A stretch of 54,059 bases of DNA from a bacterium (GCA_050239825.1 JBFXGO010000007.1:11598-65656), one strand, 5' to 3'. Numbered from the stretch's first letter, positions 1-9,964 are shown. Translations and numbers: made by a program. Notes: a model not told the origin generated them from the letters alone.

Positions 1-181
1 TGTGCGCAAGCGCACATGATAGACACCTCGGGTTGCACCAGAACTTTGTGAAGATTACTGTAAAGACTAAATATTAATCAGCTCCCCTTATTAAGCTCAT
101 GGCACATGGCACACGGCTCAGGGCTGACTTGGTGGCTGTTGGCGAGATTGACGCCCTTTCAATGGTTAAATATGTTTATCC

Positions 182-210
182 TTGACTTATTTTGTTTAAT
201 ATGATAACTT
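182..210 (+). promoter_or_regulatory. Putative sigma70-type promoter of the first operon
   Basis: TTGACT (182-187), 17 nt, TG-extended TAACTT (205-210); AGGAGG RBS at 256-261. Confidence 0.45.
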
Positions 211-267
211 TATCTTTTCTTTGTATCTTTATTAATTAAATGTATTATATAATACAGGAGGTTTTTG

Positions 268-1599
268 ATGAAAAAGAGAGTATTAATTCTTGGCGCGGCC
301 GGAAGAGATTTCCACAATTTCAATGTTTATTTCAGGGACAATGCGGATTATGAAGTCGTAGGCTTCACTGCAACACAGATTCCTGACATTGAAGGCAGAA
401 TGTATCCTGCATCACTCGCAGGCAAGCTCTACAAAAAGGGCATATACATATATGATGAAAAGGACATGCAGTCCATCATAAAGAAGGAGAAGGTTGATTT
501 TGTGGTCTTCGCATACTCGGATGTGCAGAATCAGTATGTGATGACAAAAGCCGCAGAGGCAATGAAAGCCGGAGCAAGCTTCATGCTTTTAGGTCCCGAA
601 CAGACATATGTCAAATCAACTAAACCGGTTATAGCAATAGTCGCAGTAAGAACCGGAGCGGGCAAGTCACAGACAACAAGAGCCGTCTCCACAATTCTAA
701 GGGAGAAGGGATTCAAACTTGTCGCTATCCGTCATCCGATGCCATACGGAGATTTGGAAAAACAGAAGGTGCAGAGATTTGCGTCAATTGCAGACCTTAA
801 GAAGAACAAATGCACGATTGAGGAGATGGAGGAGTATGAACCGCACATAATGAACGGCACAGTGGTCTATGCAGGAGTTGATTATGAGGCGATAGTGAGG
901 CAGGCGGAGAAAGAGGCGGACATAATACTATGGGACGGAGGAAATAATGATTTTCCTTTTTACAAACCCGATCTCACAATAACTGTGGCTGACCCGCACA
1001 GGCCTACGCATGAGCTCACTTATTTTCCCGGAAATGTCAACATAAGAATTGCTGATGTCATAGTCATAAATAAAATAGATTCTGCGCTTCCGTCAAATGT
1101 TGAGATACTTAGGCAGAATATCGCAAAAGTAAATCCTTCGGCAATAGTTATTGAAGCCGCTTCGCCGGTCTCAGTCGAAAAGCCGGAACTTATAAAGGGA
1201 AAGAGAGTTGCGGTTGTAGAGGACGGACCCACGCTTACCCACGGAGAGATGAAATACGGAGCAGGCGTAGTCGCGGCAAAGAGATTCGGAGCCAAAGAGA
1301 TAATAGACCCGCATCCTTATGCAGTCGGAGAGATTAAAGCCACTTACGAAAAATATTCCGAAGCCGGAGCGATACTTCCCGCAATGGGCTATTCCGATAA
1401 ACAGATAGCAGATCTTGAAAAGACAATCAACAAGATTCCATGCGACACTGTAGTTATCGCAACTCCGATAGACCTTAGAAGACTTGTTAAGATAAACAAA
1501 CCGTCTGTGAGAGTCGGCTACGACCTTCAGGAAATCGGCCGTCCGTCTGTCTTAGATGTGCTGAATGATTTCCTCAAGGCAAACAAGATAAAGAAATAA
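268..1599 (+). CDS. arcE: COG2403 P-loop ATPase (often annotated cyclic 2,3-diphosphoglycerate synthetase/GTPase), likely arginine synthetase
   Basis: GAAGRDFHNFN N-terminus, P-loop RTGAGKS, RHPMPYG, WDGGNND, EDGPTLTHG motifs; stop overlaps start of carbamate kinase; AGGAGG 6 nt before ATG 268. Confidence 0.75.
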   Translation: MKKRVLILGAAGRDFHNFNVYFRDNADYEVVGFTATQIPDIEGRMYPASLAGKLYKKGIYIYDEKDMQSIIKKEKVDFVVFAYSDVQNQYVMTKAAEAMKAGASFMLLGPEQTYVKSTKPVIAIVAVRTGAGKSQTTRAVSTILREKGFKLVAIRHPMPYGDLEKQKVQRFASIADLKKNKCTIEEMEEYEPHIMNGTVVYAGVDYEAIVRQAEKEADIILWDGGNNDFPFYKPDLTITVADPHRPTHELTYFPGNVNIRIADVIVINKIDSALPSNVEILRQNIAKVNPSAIVIEAASPVSVEKPELIKGKRVAVVEDGPTLTHGEMKYGAGVVAAKRFGAKEIIDPHPYAVGEIKATYEKYSEAGAILPAMGYSDKQIADLEKTINKIPCDTVVIATPIDLRRLVKINKPSVRVGYDLQEIGRPSVLDVLNDFLKANKIKK

Positions 1600-2540
1600 T
1601 GGGCAAGATAGCGGTTGTTGCCCTTGGCGGCAATGCCCTGATACAGGATGGGCAGAAGGGCACTATTACAGAACAATTCGCAAATACCCGGATGTCTTTG
1701 GACGGAGCAGTTGAACTGCTCCGTTCGGGTTTTTCAGTAGTAGTGACTCACGGCAATGGACCTCAGGCGGGGTTTGAAATGATAAAGAATGAGAATTCTG
1801 AGAAGGATGCGCCGTCACTGCCCCTTGGAGTGATTGACGCCGAAACTCAGGGTTCCATCGGCTATATGGTTTCTCAATCCCTCATGAATCGCCTTAAAAA
1901 AGAGCGGATTGACAGGAAGGTCGCCGTTGTCATCACGCAAGTGGTTGTCGATGAGAATGACAAATCAATAAAGAATCCTACAAAATTTGTTGGCAAATTT
2001 TACAGAGAAGATGAGGTGGAAGCGCTTTTACAGAAGGGGTGGGCTGTCAAGCATGATGTCGGACGCGGCTATAGAAGAGTTGTTCCTTCTCCTGAACCGA
2101 TAGGAATAGTGGAGAAGGATGCTATACTCACCCTCCTCGAAAAAGGGTATGTTGTTGTAGCTGTGGGCGGAGGCGGAATACCAGTCTATTATGATGCAAA
2201 CAATAATCTTGAAGGACTTGACGCTGTAATAGACAAGGACAAAGCATCTGCTCTTCTGGCAGAGGAGATAGGGGCAGAAGAGTTTTACATTTTCACCGCT
2301 GTAAAGAGAGTGTGCATAAACTACAGAAAAGCAAATGAACAGGAGCTGAAAGAACTCACTCTAAATGATGCGAGAAAACTCTTTATAGAAGGGCAGTTTC
2401 CTGCCGGCTCAATGGGGCCGAAGATTGAGGCGATGATAAAATTCGTTGAAAATACAGGTAAGAGAGCGATAATCGGTTCAGTAGAACTTGGACGCGATGT
2501 CGTAAAAGGAGATTCCGGAACACTGATCAAAAGGGGGTAA
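1599..2540 (+). CDS. arcC: Carbamate kinase
   Basis: ALGGNAL, THGNGPQ, PTKFVG, RRVVPSP, GGGGIPV, AVIDKD, GSMGPK motifs. Confidence 0.95.
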   Translation: MGKIAVVALGGNALIQDGQKGTITEQFANTRMSLDGAVELLRSGFSVVVTHGNGPQAGFEMIKNENSEKDAPSLPLGVIDAETQGSIGYMVSQSLMNRLKKERIDRKVAVVITQVVVDENDKSIKNPTKFVGKFYREDEVEALLQKGWAVKHDVGRGYRRVVPSPEPIGIVEKDAILTLLEKGYVVVAVGGGGIPVYYDANNNLEGLDAVIDKDKASALLAEEIGAEEFYIFTAVKRVCINYRKANEQELKELTLNDARKLFIEGQFPAGSMGPKIEAMIKFVENTGKRAIIGSVELGRDVVKGDSGTLIKRG

Positions 2541-2541
2541 T

Positions 2542-2949
2542 TTGGAAAGAACCCTGATGCTGATTAAGCCGGATGCCGTAAGCAGGCATCTGATAGGCAA
2601 TATACTGTCGATAGTGGAGAGGGAAGGTTTCAGGATTGTAGATTTGAGAATGGAAAAATTTTCCAAGAACAAGGCAAAGCTGTTTTATTCAGTCCATAAG
2701 GACAAAGATTTCTTTATGCATTTGGTGAATTACATGACTTCGGGAAAGAGCGTCGGCGTTATACTTGAGAGAGAAAATGCCGTTTATTATCTGCGGGAGG
2801 TTGTCGGAGAGACAGACCCTGCAAAAGCAAAGGAGAAGACCATAAGGCATCTCTACGGTGAAACATACAGGAGAAATTCGGTACATGCTTCAGATTCAAG
2901 AGAATCATATATGTATGAATCGAGGATATTCTTCAAGGAGACAAAATGA
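2542..2949 (+). CDS. ndk: Nucleoside diphosphate kinase
   Basis: ERTLMLIKPDAV and RNSVHASDS (catalytic His); TTG start after GGGGG. Confidence 0.93.
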   Translation: MERTLMLIKPDAVSRHLIGNILSIVEREGFRIVDLRMEKFSKNKAKLFYSVHKDKDFFMHLVNYMTSGKSVGVILERENAVYYLREVVGETDPAKAKEKTIRHLYGETYRRNSVHASDSRESYMYESRIFFKETK

Positions 2950-3800
2950 AAGTAGCCAGAATAGGATTTTACGGAATAAGAAATATCGGTCCGGGGCTCG
3001 TGCAGTCAACAGTCAATAAAGGTCTTACAGCAGTTGTCTTTGAAAACAACTCGGATGTTTATCACAATGCATTGAGCATAATTGAGAGAAACATAGATTA
3101 TGAGATAGACCACTGGGGGCTTACTCCAAAGGACAAGAAGGTGATGATGTCCAGAATCGAGCATATTGAAAAATTTCAGGATTTTTCAAAGTTTGACATT
3201 GACCTGATAATCGAATCGGTTGAAGAGAATCTTCAGAAGAAGCAGGAGACGGCAAAGAAAATCTACGATGAGCTTGGAATGAACATACCGGTTGTTTTAA
3301 CTGCCCAGACAAATACTATCGAAGCGATCATCGACGGACTCGACGATAAGGAGCGCACTGTAAACATTCATCCTGTTCCGTCGGTTCCGATATATAAAAT
3401 TGTCGAACTCATCAAATCGGGAAAGACGACAGAATCGACTCTTGAGATTGTAAAGTACTTTTTTGAGAAACTTGATATAAAGTGCGTTGAAGTGGAAGAT
3501 ACTGCGGGAATGGTGGGTCCGAGGATATTAGTTTCGACTGTGCTTGAAGCCTGTGATATGATGCGCGATTCACACATTCGCACCGAAGAGTTTGATCTCA
3601 TAATGAAAAAGGGTTTGAAGATGTACAAGGGGCCTCTTTCAATGGCTGATGAGATAGGTCTTGACAATATGAAGCTTTGGATAGAGGAGCTCTCAAAGGT
3701 TAATTCCTCTGTATATAAAGTGCCGCAGATAATTTTGGACCTTATAGGAAAGGGGCACACAGGAGTTAAGGCGGGAAAAGGTTTTTTAAACTACAAGTAG
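2946..3800 (+). CDS. 3-hydroxyacyl-CoA dehydrogenase family protein (divergent)
   Basis: IIESVEENL..K, H...VP..KIVEL, GPLSMADEIGLD, GHTGVKAGKGF motifs; Rossmann GxGxxG degenerate. Confidence 0.75.
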   Translation: MKVARIGFYGIRNIGPGLVQSTVNKGLTAVVFENNSDVYHNALSIIERNIDYEIDHWGLTPKDKKVMMSRIEHIEKFQDFSKFDIDLIIESVEENLQKKQETAKKIYDELGMNIPVVLTAQTNTIEAIIDGLDDKERTVNIHPVPSVPIYKIVELIKSGKTTESTLEIVKYFFEKLDIKCVEVEDTAGMVGPRILVSTVLEACDMMRDSHIRTEEFDLIMKKGLKMYKGPLSMADEIGLDNMKLWIEELSKVNSSVYKVPQIILDLIGKGHTGVKAGKGFLNYK

Positions 3801-3807
3801 GTGAACA

Positions 3808-5016
3808 ATGAAAATATTAGTTTTGAATTCCGGAAGCTCATCCCTCAAGTATCAGGTGATAGACACATCCAAACAGGATTCTCTTGTCAGGGGGCTCGTT
3901 GACAGAATAGGGATGCCGAACTCCATCCTGAAGCAGAAGAGGTTTGACGGGGATGTCGTTGAAGTTCAGGAAGAGATAATAAGCCACTCGGTAGCGATAG
4001 AGAAGGTTCTTGAACTGATAATGGACAAACAGCATGGAGTCCTGATGAGGATAAATGAAATTAACGCTGTGGGGCACAGAGTTGTGCACGGAGGCGAAAA
4101 ATTCTCGCGCTCTGTGCTTATAAATGACAGGGTTATAAAGGCGATTGAGGAGTATTCCGACATAGCTCCTCTCCATAATCCCTACAATTTAAGAGGTATC
4201 AACGCATCAATAAGGGCATTGCCGAATGTGCCTCAGGTGGCGGTATTTGACACCGCATTTCATGCGACTCTTCCTGAAGAGGCATTTGTGTACCCGATTC
4301 CCTATGTTTTTTACGAAAAATATAAGATAAGAAGGTATGGCTTTCACGGAACAAGTCATTACTTTGTTTCAAGACGAGCGGCTGAGATTCTTAATCGCAA
4401 TACCAATGATTTTTCCGTCATCACATGCCATCTCGGCAACGGGGCTTCAGTGACGGCTGTCAAGAATGGAAAATCCATAGAGACATCTCTCGGCTTCTCA
4501 ACAATTGCTGGAGTTATGATGGGCACAAGGTGCGGGGATTTTGACCCAGCAGTTATACTGAACATCATGGAGAAGGAGGATCTGACCATAGAACAGGCAG
4601 TATCTCTTCTGACAAAACATTCCGGTCTCCTTGGAGTCAGCGGAGTCTCCTCGGATATGAGAGAGGTGCAGAATGCGGCGAAGAACGGCAACAACAGGGC
4701 TCAACTTGCATTGAAGATGTTCTCCTACATCATAAAGAAATTCATCGGTTCTTACTCGGCAGTTCTTGGAGGAGCTGATGCAATTGTCTTCACCGCAGGA
4801 ATCGGAGAGAATGTTCCCAATGTGAGAGAGTGGTCTGTTGAAAATCTCGGATATATGGGAATAGAGATGGACAAAGAGAAGAACGATTCCTGCATAGGAA
4901 AAGAGATGATAGTTTCAACTGATTCCTCAAAAGTGAAGATACTTGTCATTCCAACCAATGAAGAGCTTGTTATAGCTGAAGATGTAGTTAAAGTGGTTGA
5001 GGAGATGGATGAGTAA
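3808..5016 (+). CDS. ackA: Acetate kinase
   Basis: NSGSSSLK, GHRVVHGG, APLHN, RRYGFHGTSH, CHLGNG, IPTNEEL. Confidence 0.96.
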   Translation: MKILVLNSGSSSLKYQVIDTSKQDSLVRGLVDRIGMPNSILKQKRFDGDVVEVQEEIISHSVAIEKVLELIMDKQHGVLMRINEINAVGHRVVHGGEKFSRSVLINDRVIKAIEEYSDIAPLHNPYNLRGINASIRALPNVPQVAVFDTAFHATLPEEAFVYPIPYVFYEKYKIRRYGFHGTSHYFVSRRAAEILNRNTNDFSVITCHLGNGASVTAVKNGKSIETSLGFSTIAGVMMGTRCGDFDPAVILNIMEKEDLTIEQAVSLLTKHSGLLGVSGVSSDMREVQNAAKNGNNRAQLALKMFSYIIKKFIGSYSAVLGGADAIVFTAGIGENVPNVREWSVENLGYMGIEMDKEKNDSCIGKEMIVSTDSSKVKILVIPTNEELVIAEDVVKVVEEMDE

Positions 5017-5218
5017 AATTACTGGCGAGATGTATGTGGAGGATATTGTAAGCAATTTCCCGGATACTGTAGGTTATCTAATGGAGAGGGATATAATCTG
5101 CATAAAATGCGGCGCTCCCGTGTGGGGCACATTGAATGAACTTCTTGAAAGCAGGGGAGTCAAGGATAAGGAAAACTTTATTCTGAAGATGAATGATTTT
5201 CTTGATGGGAAGGAGTAG
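5009..5218 (+). CDS. Small DUF1858-like protein
   Basis: MSKITGEMYVEDIV..P....L.E..I.CI.CG pattern; ATG 5009 preceded by GAGGAG. Confidence 0.65.
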   Translation: MSKITGEMYVEDIVSNFPDTVGYLMERDIICIKCGAPVWGTLNELLESRGVKDKENFILKMNDFLDGKE

Positions 5219-6008
5219 AGAAAATGGTTGATTTCTTCAGTGCTTTGTACGGGCACACATTGACGCATTCAAAGCATCTGATGCAGTCATAATCAGTCTG
5301 ATTTTCATAGATGTTTATATCCATCGGACACACTCTGTTGCACATTCCGCACTTTGTGCACTTGCTCTCATCATACTTTATCTGAAGAAGACTTACCTTA
5401 TTAAACAATCCGTAAATTGCCCCTATCGGACAGAAGATGACGCAGAAAAATCTCTTCATTGTTATAGAACCCGCTACAAAGAGAATGGCAAAGGCGGCTT
5501 TGAGGTAAAATATTAAACCAATTGACTGCAAAAGAGCGGGATTCATTATAATCTGCGCTATTGATGCCTCAAGAGTTCCCGCAGGGCATAGGAATTTGCA
5601 GAATACAGGCTGATGGATCAAAAGAGGAAGAGAAAGCGTAAGACCCAGAACAATAAATTTATTTAATCTAAAGACTCTTTTTATTCTTATTTTGACAGAT
5701 TTGATTTTGTATAAGAGCTCCTGAAGAAGGCCGAAAGGACAGAAATTGCCGCAAGGGTATCTTCCAACCAAGGTTCCTATTGCGGTGAAGAAGCCGAGAA
5801 CAAAATACGGAATCCTCATCATTTTAAGCGACTGCTGGGCAGAACCTATCGGACAGCTTCCCCATGCGAGAGGGCACGAGTAGCAGTTGAGAATTGGAAC
5901 GCAGACCGACTTCAGTTTACCCTGATAGAGAGTTGTTCCATTCTTCGGGTTGATGAAAAAGAATGAATTCATCAGAAATGCCGAAAGGTACTGGATTAAT
6001 CGTCTCAT
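5178..6008 (-). CDS. Membrane 4Fe-4S binding protein (NapH/MauN-like polyferredoxin)
   Basis: CYSCP..CPIG, CGNFCPFG, FCKFLCPAG, FC..FCPIG and two CxxCxxCxxxCP ferredoxin motifs. Confidence 0.85.
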   Translation of the reverse strand: MRRLIQYLSAFLMNSFFFINPKNGTTLYQGKLKSVCVPILNCYSCPLAWGSCPIGSAQQSLKMMRIPYFVLGFFTAIGTLVGRYPCGNFCPFGLLQELLYKIKSVKIRIKRVFRLNKFIVLGLTLSLPLLIHQPVFCKFLCPAGTLEASIAQIIMNPALLQSIGLIFYLKAAFAILFVAGSITMKRFFCVIFCPIGAIYGLFNKVSLLQIKYDESKCTKCGMCNRVCPMDINIYENQTDYDCIRCFECVNVCPYKALKKSTIFSTPSHQENHSSSE

Positions 6009-6142
6009 GAGATGCCTATGCAGTCAAAGCAGATGAACCTTCCGAAGTTAAATATCATCTGAAGGTCTTTGTTTAAGAAACCGTAAACCAACAGGATAAT
6101 TGCCGCAACAATAAGCATGAAAAAGAGATGCTTTCTGTTCAT
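6005..6142 (-). CDS. 45-aa membrane peptide with C-terminal CxxC-IG motif (CD1871A-like), missing from the ORF track
   Basis: Translated by hand: MNRKHLFFMLIVAAIILLVYGFLNKDLQMIFNFGRFICFDCIGIS*; ATGA overlaps with both neighbouring genes. Confidence 0.8.
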   Translation of the reverse strand: MNRKHLFFMLIVAAIILLVYGFLNKDLQMIFNFGRFICFDCIGIS

Positions 6143-6795
6143 TTGTATTTTATTTTAAAATCCTTTACCTTAGAGGTCATGACAAGCTCTTCGTTCAGGT
6201 ATACCTCAATTGAGTCTGGGACTGTGAGGTAATCCGACGCTTTTATGCTCTTTATAACCTTGACATTGTAAATGCCGAAGTAAGATTTGAACTGCATTGA
6301 TTTAAGGCTCATGTCGGATGCAGAGAGAAGCATCTGCAGAAGAATGCCGCCTTTGTCGGCAGGGACTATTCTAATAGAGTTTCCCTCTCTCGTAACAACT
6401 GCCGAGTCCGGAATAATAGTTTTCAAACTGTAACTGTTCAGAGAATTCGGCGAGTAGGTATAAATGGAAAATTTTTCATTCTGCATCATCACATCAATCT
6501 CTTGTGTTCTTTTGGATTTACCGGTTGACAAAAACTCTTCCTTGGTATTGTTGTCAACCATCCTATTTTGATACTCAAGTGAATCAATATAATCAATCGT
6601 CTGCGTCGTCATGGTAAAGTCATTATCATTCATCTTCATCAGAGAGAGAGCCTCAACGCTTATCATTTTTATATTGCTTCTTATAAGAGAATCTCTCCTG
6701 TCAAGTTCGTCGAACAGTATTTTTTTTGAGTATGTTTCTGCCGTCAGAAGAACGAGGGATACCGTTAAAGCGAAAAAAAGAATGAATTTTTTCAT
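6139..6795 (-). CDS. Hypothetical exported protein
   Basis: 218-aa ORF with signal peptide (MKKFILFFALTVSLVLLTA), start overlaps glmS stop. Confidence 0.7.
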   Translation of the reverse strand: MKKFILFFALTVSLVLLTAETYSKKILFDELDRRDSLIRSNIKMISVEALSLMKMNDNDFTMTTQTIDYIDSLEYQNRMVDNNTKEEFLSTGKSKRTQEIDVMMQNEKFSIYTYSPNSLNSYSLKTIIPDSAVVTREGNSIRIVPADKGGILLQMLLSASDMSLKSMQFKSYFGIYNVKVIKSIKASDYLTVPDSIEVYLNEELVMTSKVKDFKIKYK

Positions 6796-8633
6796 TACTC
6801 CACTGTAACCGATTTTGCCAGGTTTCTCGGCATATCCACATCAAGTCCTCTCATAACAGCTATTTTGTAGGCGATTAACTGCAGGGGAATAACCGATAGT
6901 ATGGGCGAAAACTCCTCTTTGGTCTCGGGGATATATATGACATCGTCAACAATATCCTTTATCTCCTTGTCTCCCTTGTTTGCTATTGCAATGACATATC
7001 CCTTTCTTGCCTTTATCTCCTTGATGTTGCTTGTAATCTTTTCATAGATGCTGTCTTTTAGAGCAATCACAAGAGCCGGCATGTTTTTATCAATGAGAGC
7101 AATAGGTCCATGCTTCATCTCTGCCGCCGGGTATCCCTCGGCATGAATATAGGAAATCTCTTTCAATTTGAGAGCGCCTTCAAGAGCCACCGGGAAATTG
7201 AATCCTCTTCCGAGGTAAAGGAAATTTTTCTTTTTGTATGTCTTTTTGCAGATGGAATCAATCTTGTTTTTGTCATGCAGTATCTCATTGACCTTTGACG
7301 GAAGCTTTTCAAGCTCCTTTATCAGCGAAAGCCCCTGGTCAAATGAAAGAAGCTTCTTTCTCCCGAGAGCTATAGCCAGAAGCGTGAATGCAGTCACCTG
7401 AGCAGTGAATGCCTTTGTGGATGCAACTCCGATTTCAGGACCTGCATGGGTGTATATTCCGGCATCTGTCTCGCGCGCTATGGTTGAGCCGACCACATTG
7501 CAGATTCCGAGCACCGAGGCGCCCTTGCTTCTTCCCTCTCTGAGAGCCGCGAGTGTGTCCGCAGTCTCTCCGCTCTGGGAAACAACAATCAGCACGGTTC
7601 TATCTGTTATGATAGGGTTTCTATATCTGAATTCAGATGCGTAATCAACCTCTACAGGTATATTGGTGTACAACTCGATAAGAGATTTGCCTATCAACGA
7701 AGCATGCCATGAGGTGCCGCAGGCAGTGATAATTATCCTGTCTGCGTCAAGGAGTTTCTTGAAATAATCCTTTATTCCATTGAGTCTTGCGGTGCCATTC
7801 TCCTTGTCAAGCCTGCCTGTCATAGTGTCTCTCAGCGAATTAGGCTGTTCGTAAATCTCCTTGAGCATGAAATGTTCATAACCGCTTTTTTCAATCTGCG
7901 AAAGAGTCATATCTATTTCTACAAATTCAGTATCTATGGATTTGTTTGATTCAACTTTTGAAAGTTCGATATTATTTTTTGTCAGAAGTGCCACATCTCC
8001 GTCCTGCATGTAAAGAACCTGATTGGTGTGGGCGATTATTGCAGAAGCATCTGACGCAATAAACATTCCGTCATCCGACCTTCCTATAACTAAGGGACTG
8101 CCCTTTCTCGCCGCAACCATCATCTCAGGGTGCTCGGCAGACAAAACTACTATTCCGTATGTGCCTTCAACTTTATTGAGAGATTTTTTTACTGCCTCCA
8201 GAATATCGCCCTTGTAAAAATATTCAATCATGTGGGCAAGCACTTCCGTGTCTGTCTCGGATAAAAACTTATGTCCCTTTCCGCTGAGGAAGTTCCTTAT
8301 AGACCTGTAGTTCTCTATTATTCCGTTGTGGACCAGTGATATAGAGTTGGTGCAGTCTCCATGGGGATGAGCGTTTATATCATTCGGCTCTCCGTGCGTC
8401 GCCCATCTTGTATGGGCAATTCCGGCATGTGATTTGCATGGTTTGTTTTTCTTGAACTCTTCCTCAAGGTCTTTTATCTTACCTGCCTTCTTTATTGTCT
8501 TTATCTTGAGTGAATCCTTGCATATAAGAGAGATGCCTGATGAGTCGTAGCCCCTGTATTCAAGGCGCTTGAGTCCGTCCATCAGAACATTAAGCGAATC
8601 TTTTGCTCCGATGTATCCGACTATTCCGCACAT
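6795..8633 (-). CDS. glmS: Glutamine-fructose-6-phosphate transaminase
   Basis: MCGIVG, LEYRGYDS, HTRWATHG, SQSGETADT, PRNLAKSVTVE. Confidence 0.98.
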   Translation of the reverse strand: MCGIVGYIGAKDSLNVLMDGLKRLEYRGYDSSGISLICKDSLKIKTIKKAGKIKDLEEEFKKNKPCKSHAGIAHTRWATHGEPNDINAHPHGDCTNSISLVHNGIIENYRSIRNFLSGKGHKFLSETDTEVLAHMIEYFYKGDILEAVKKSLNKVEGTYGIVVLSAEHPEMMVAARKGSPLVIGRSDDGMFIASDASAIIAHTNQVLYMQDGDVALLTKNNIELSKVESNKSIDTEFVEIDMTLSQIEKSGYEHFMLKEIYEQPNSLRDTMTGRLDKENGTARLNGIKDYFKKLLDADRIIITACGTSWHASLIGKSLIELYTNIPVEVDYASEFRYRNPIITDRTVLIVVSQSGETADTLAALREGRSKGASVLGICNVVGSTIARETDAGIYTHAGPEIGVASTKAFTAQVTAFTLLAIALGRKKLLSFDQGLSLIKELEKLPSKVNEILHDKNKIDSICKKTYKKKNFLYLGRGFNFPVALEGALKLKEISYIHAEGYPAAEMKHGPIALIDKNMPALVIALKDSIYEKITSNIKEIKARKGYVIAIANKGDKEIKDIVDDVIYIPETKEEFSPILSVIPLQLIAYKIAVMRGLDVDMPRNLAKSVTVE

Positions 8634-9956
8634 TTATAGAATTTTCTCCATTTGTTTTAATATTTCATCTACTCTCTCTCTTGTCTTGAATTCGCATATT
8701 ATTCTTATAATCGGCTCAGTGCCTGATTTTCTCACATGGAGGAATCCGTCGCTGAACTTGACCCTTAGTCCGTCCGTCTTCTCAAGGTTGAAGCACTTAA
8801 AATGCTCCTCAGCCCTCTCAAGAACAGACGCTGAAGAGACATCGTATTTTCTCTTCTCCATGTATGTCTTAGGGTAATCCGAAATAATCTCATCTACAGA
8901 CATCTTGGATTCGGCAAGCATGCTTATTAGAAGAGCGCATGCAACCAAAGCATCCCGTGTGAGGTTTATCGACGGAAGAATCACTCCTCCGTTTCCCTCA
9001 CCGCCTATAACAGCCTTGTTGAGCATTATGCCGTCAACTACATTCGCCTCTCCGACGGGAGTGCGGGTTACCTTGAAACCGAGTTTCTCTCCAAGAAGTT
9101 CAAGCATCATGCTTGTTGACTGATTTATCACAATTAGTTTCTTGTTGTATTTCGTCAGGGCGTAGAGACCCGACAGAGCAAGAGTGTACTCTTCAGATAT
9201 ACAGCCCCTTTCCGGCGTCACAATGGCTATTCTGTCTCCGTCTCCGTCCGTAGCAAGCCCTATGTCAGCCCCTGTTCTCTTGACTTCTTTTTCAAGCATC
9301 TTGAGGTTTATTGGTATAGGTTCGAGAGGGCGCTTGAACTTTCCGTCAGTATTTGTATTTATTGTGTGAAGCTTCACGCCGAGTCCTTCAAGAAGTTCGG
9401 CGATAACAATGCTTCCTGCTCCGCAACCGCCGTCAAATACAACCTTGAGCTTTCTATTTTTTATTTTTGCTTTGTTTACAAACGGAAGATTCAACACAGC
9501 TTGAATATGTTTTTTATAGAGTGTAAAATCATTTTTGTTTGACTTGAAGATGGACTTGAATTTCAGAGGCGTCTCTTCAAGCTTCATGAACATTCTGTAA
9601 TCAGCGTGATTCAAAAATCTGCCCTGTTTTGATACAAGCTTGATGCCATTGTACTCAGGCGGGTTGTGTGAGGCAGTGATGATAAATCCGCCGTCAAATT
9701 TGAGGTTTCTCACAAGGAAGAGAACCGTGGGAGTAGGCACAATGCCCGTAAATGTTGTCTCCAATCCCTTGTAATTGAGAGTGGAAAGGAAGATCTCGGA
9801 GAATGAGCTTCCTGATTTCCTTGTATCCATTCCTCCTATGACTCTGCCCGATTCGACAAAGTCGCCGAAAATGGATGCAAACTTTGCAACCCTCATGGGG
9901 TTAAGGTCCTCTCCGACGAGACCTCTTATGCCGGAAACGCTTCTTATTAGTGTCAT
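8634..9956 (-). CDS. glmM: Phosphoglucosamine mutase / phosphohexomutase
   Basis: TASHNP phospho-Ser motif, DGDGDR metal loop, GGEGNGG, RKSGTEP; adjacent to glmS. Confidence 0.85.
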   Translation of the reverse strand: MTLIRSVSGIRGLVGEDLNPMRVAKFASIFGDFVESGRVIGGMDTRKSGSSFSEIFLSTLNYKGLETTFTGIVPTPTVLFLVRNLKFDGGFIITASHNPPEYNGIKLVSKQGRFLNHADYRMFMKLEETPLKFKSIFKSNKNDFTLYKKHIQAVLNLPFVNKAKIKNRKLKVVFDGGCGAGSIVIAELLEGLGVKLHTINTNTDGKFKRPLEPIPINLKMLEKEVKRTGADIGLATDGDGDRIAIVTPERGCISEEYTLALSGLYALTKYNKKLIVINQSTSMMLELLGEKLGFKVTRTPVGEANVVDGIMLNKAVIGGEGNGGVILPSINLTRDALVACALLISMLAESKMSVDEIISDYPKTYMEKRKYDVSSASVLERAEEHFKCFNLEKTDGLRVKFSDGFLHVRKSGTEPIIRIICEFKTRERVDEILKQMEKIL

Positions 9957-9964
9957 AGTCTGTT

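Noticed and set aside
268..1599. True cyclic 2,3-diphosphoglycerate synthetase
   Set aside because: No 2-phosphoglycerate kinase neighbour; coupling to carbamate kinase favours the arginine synthetase clade.
8600..8700. glmS ribozyme upstream of glmS
   Set aside because: The glmM stop abuts the glmS start with no intergenic space.
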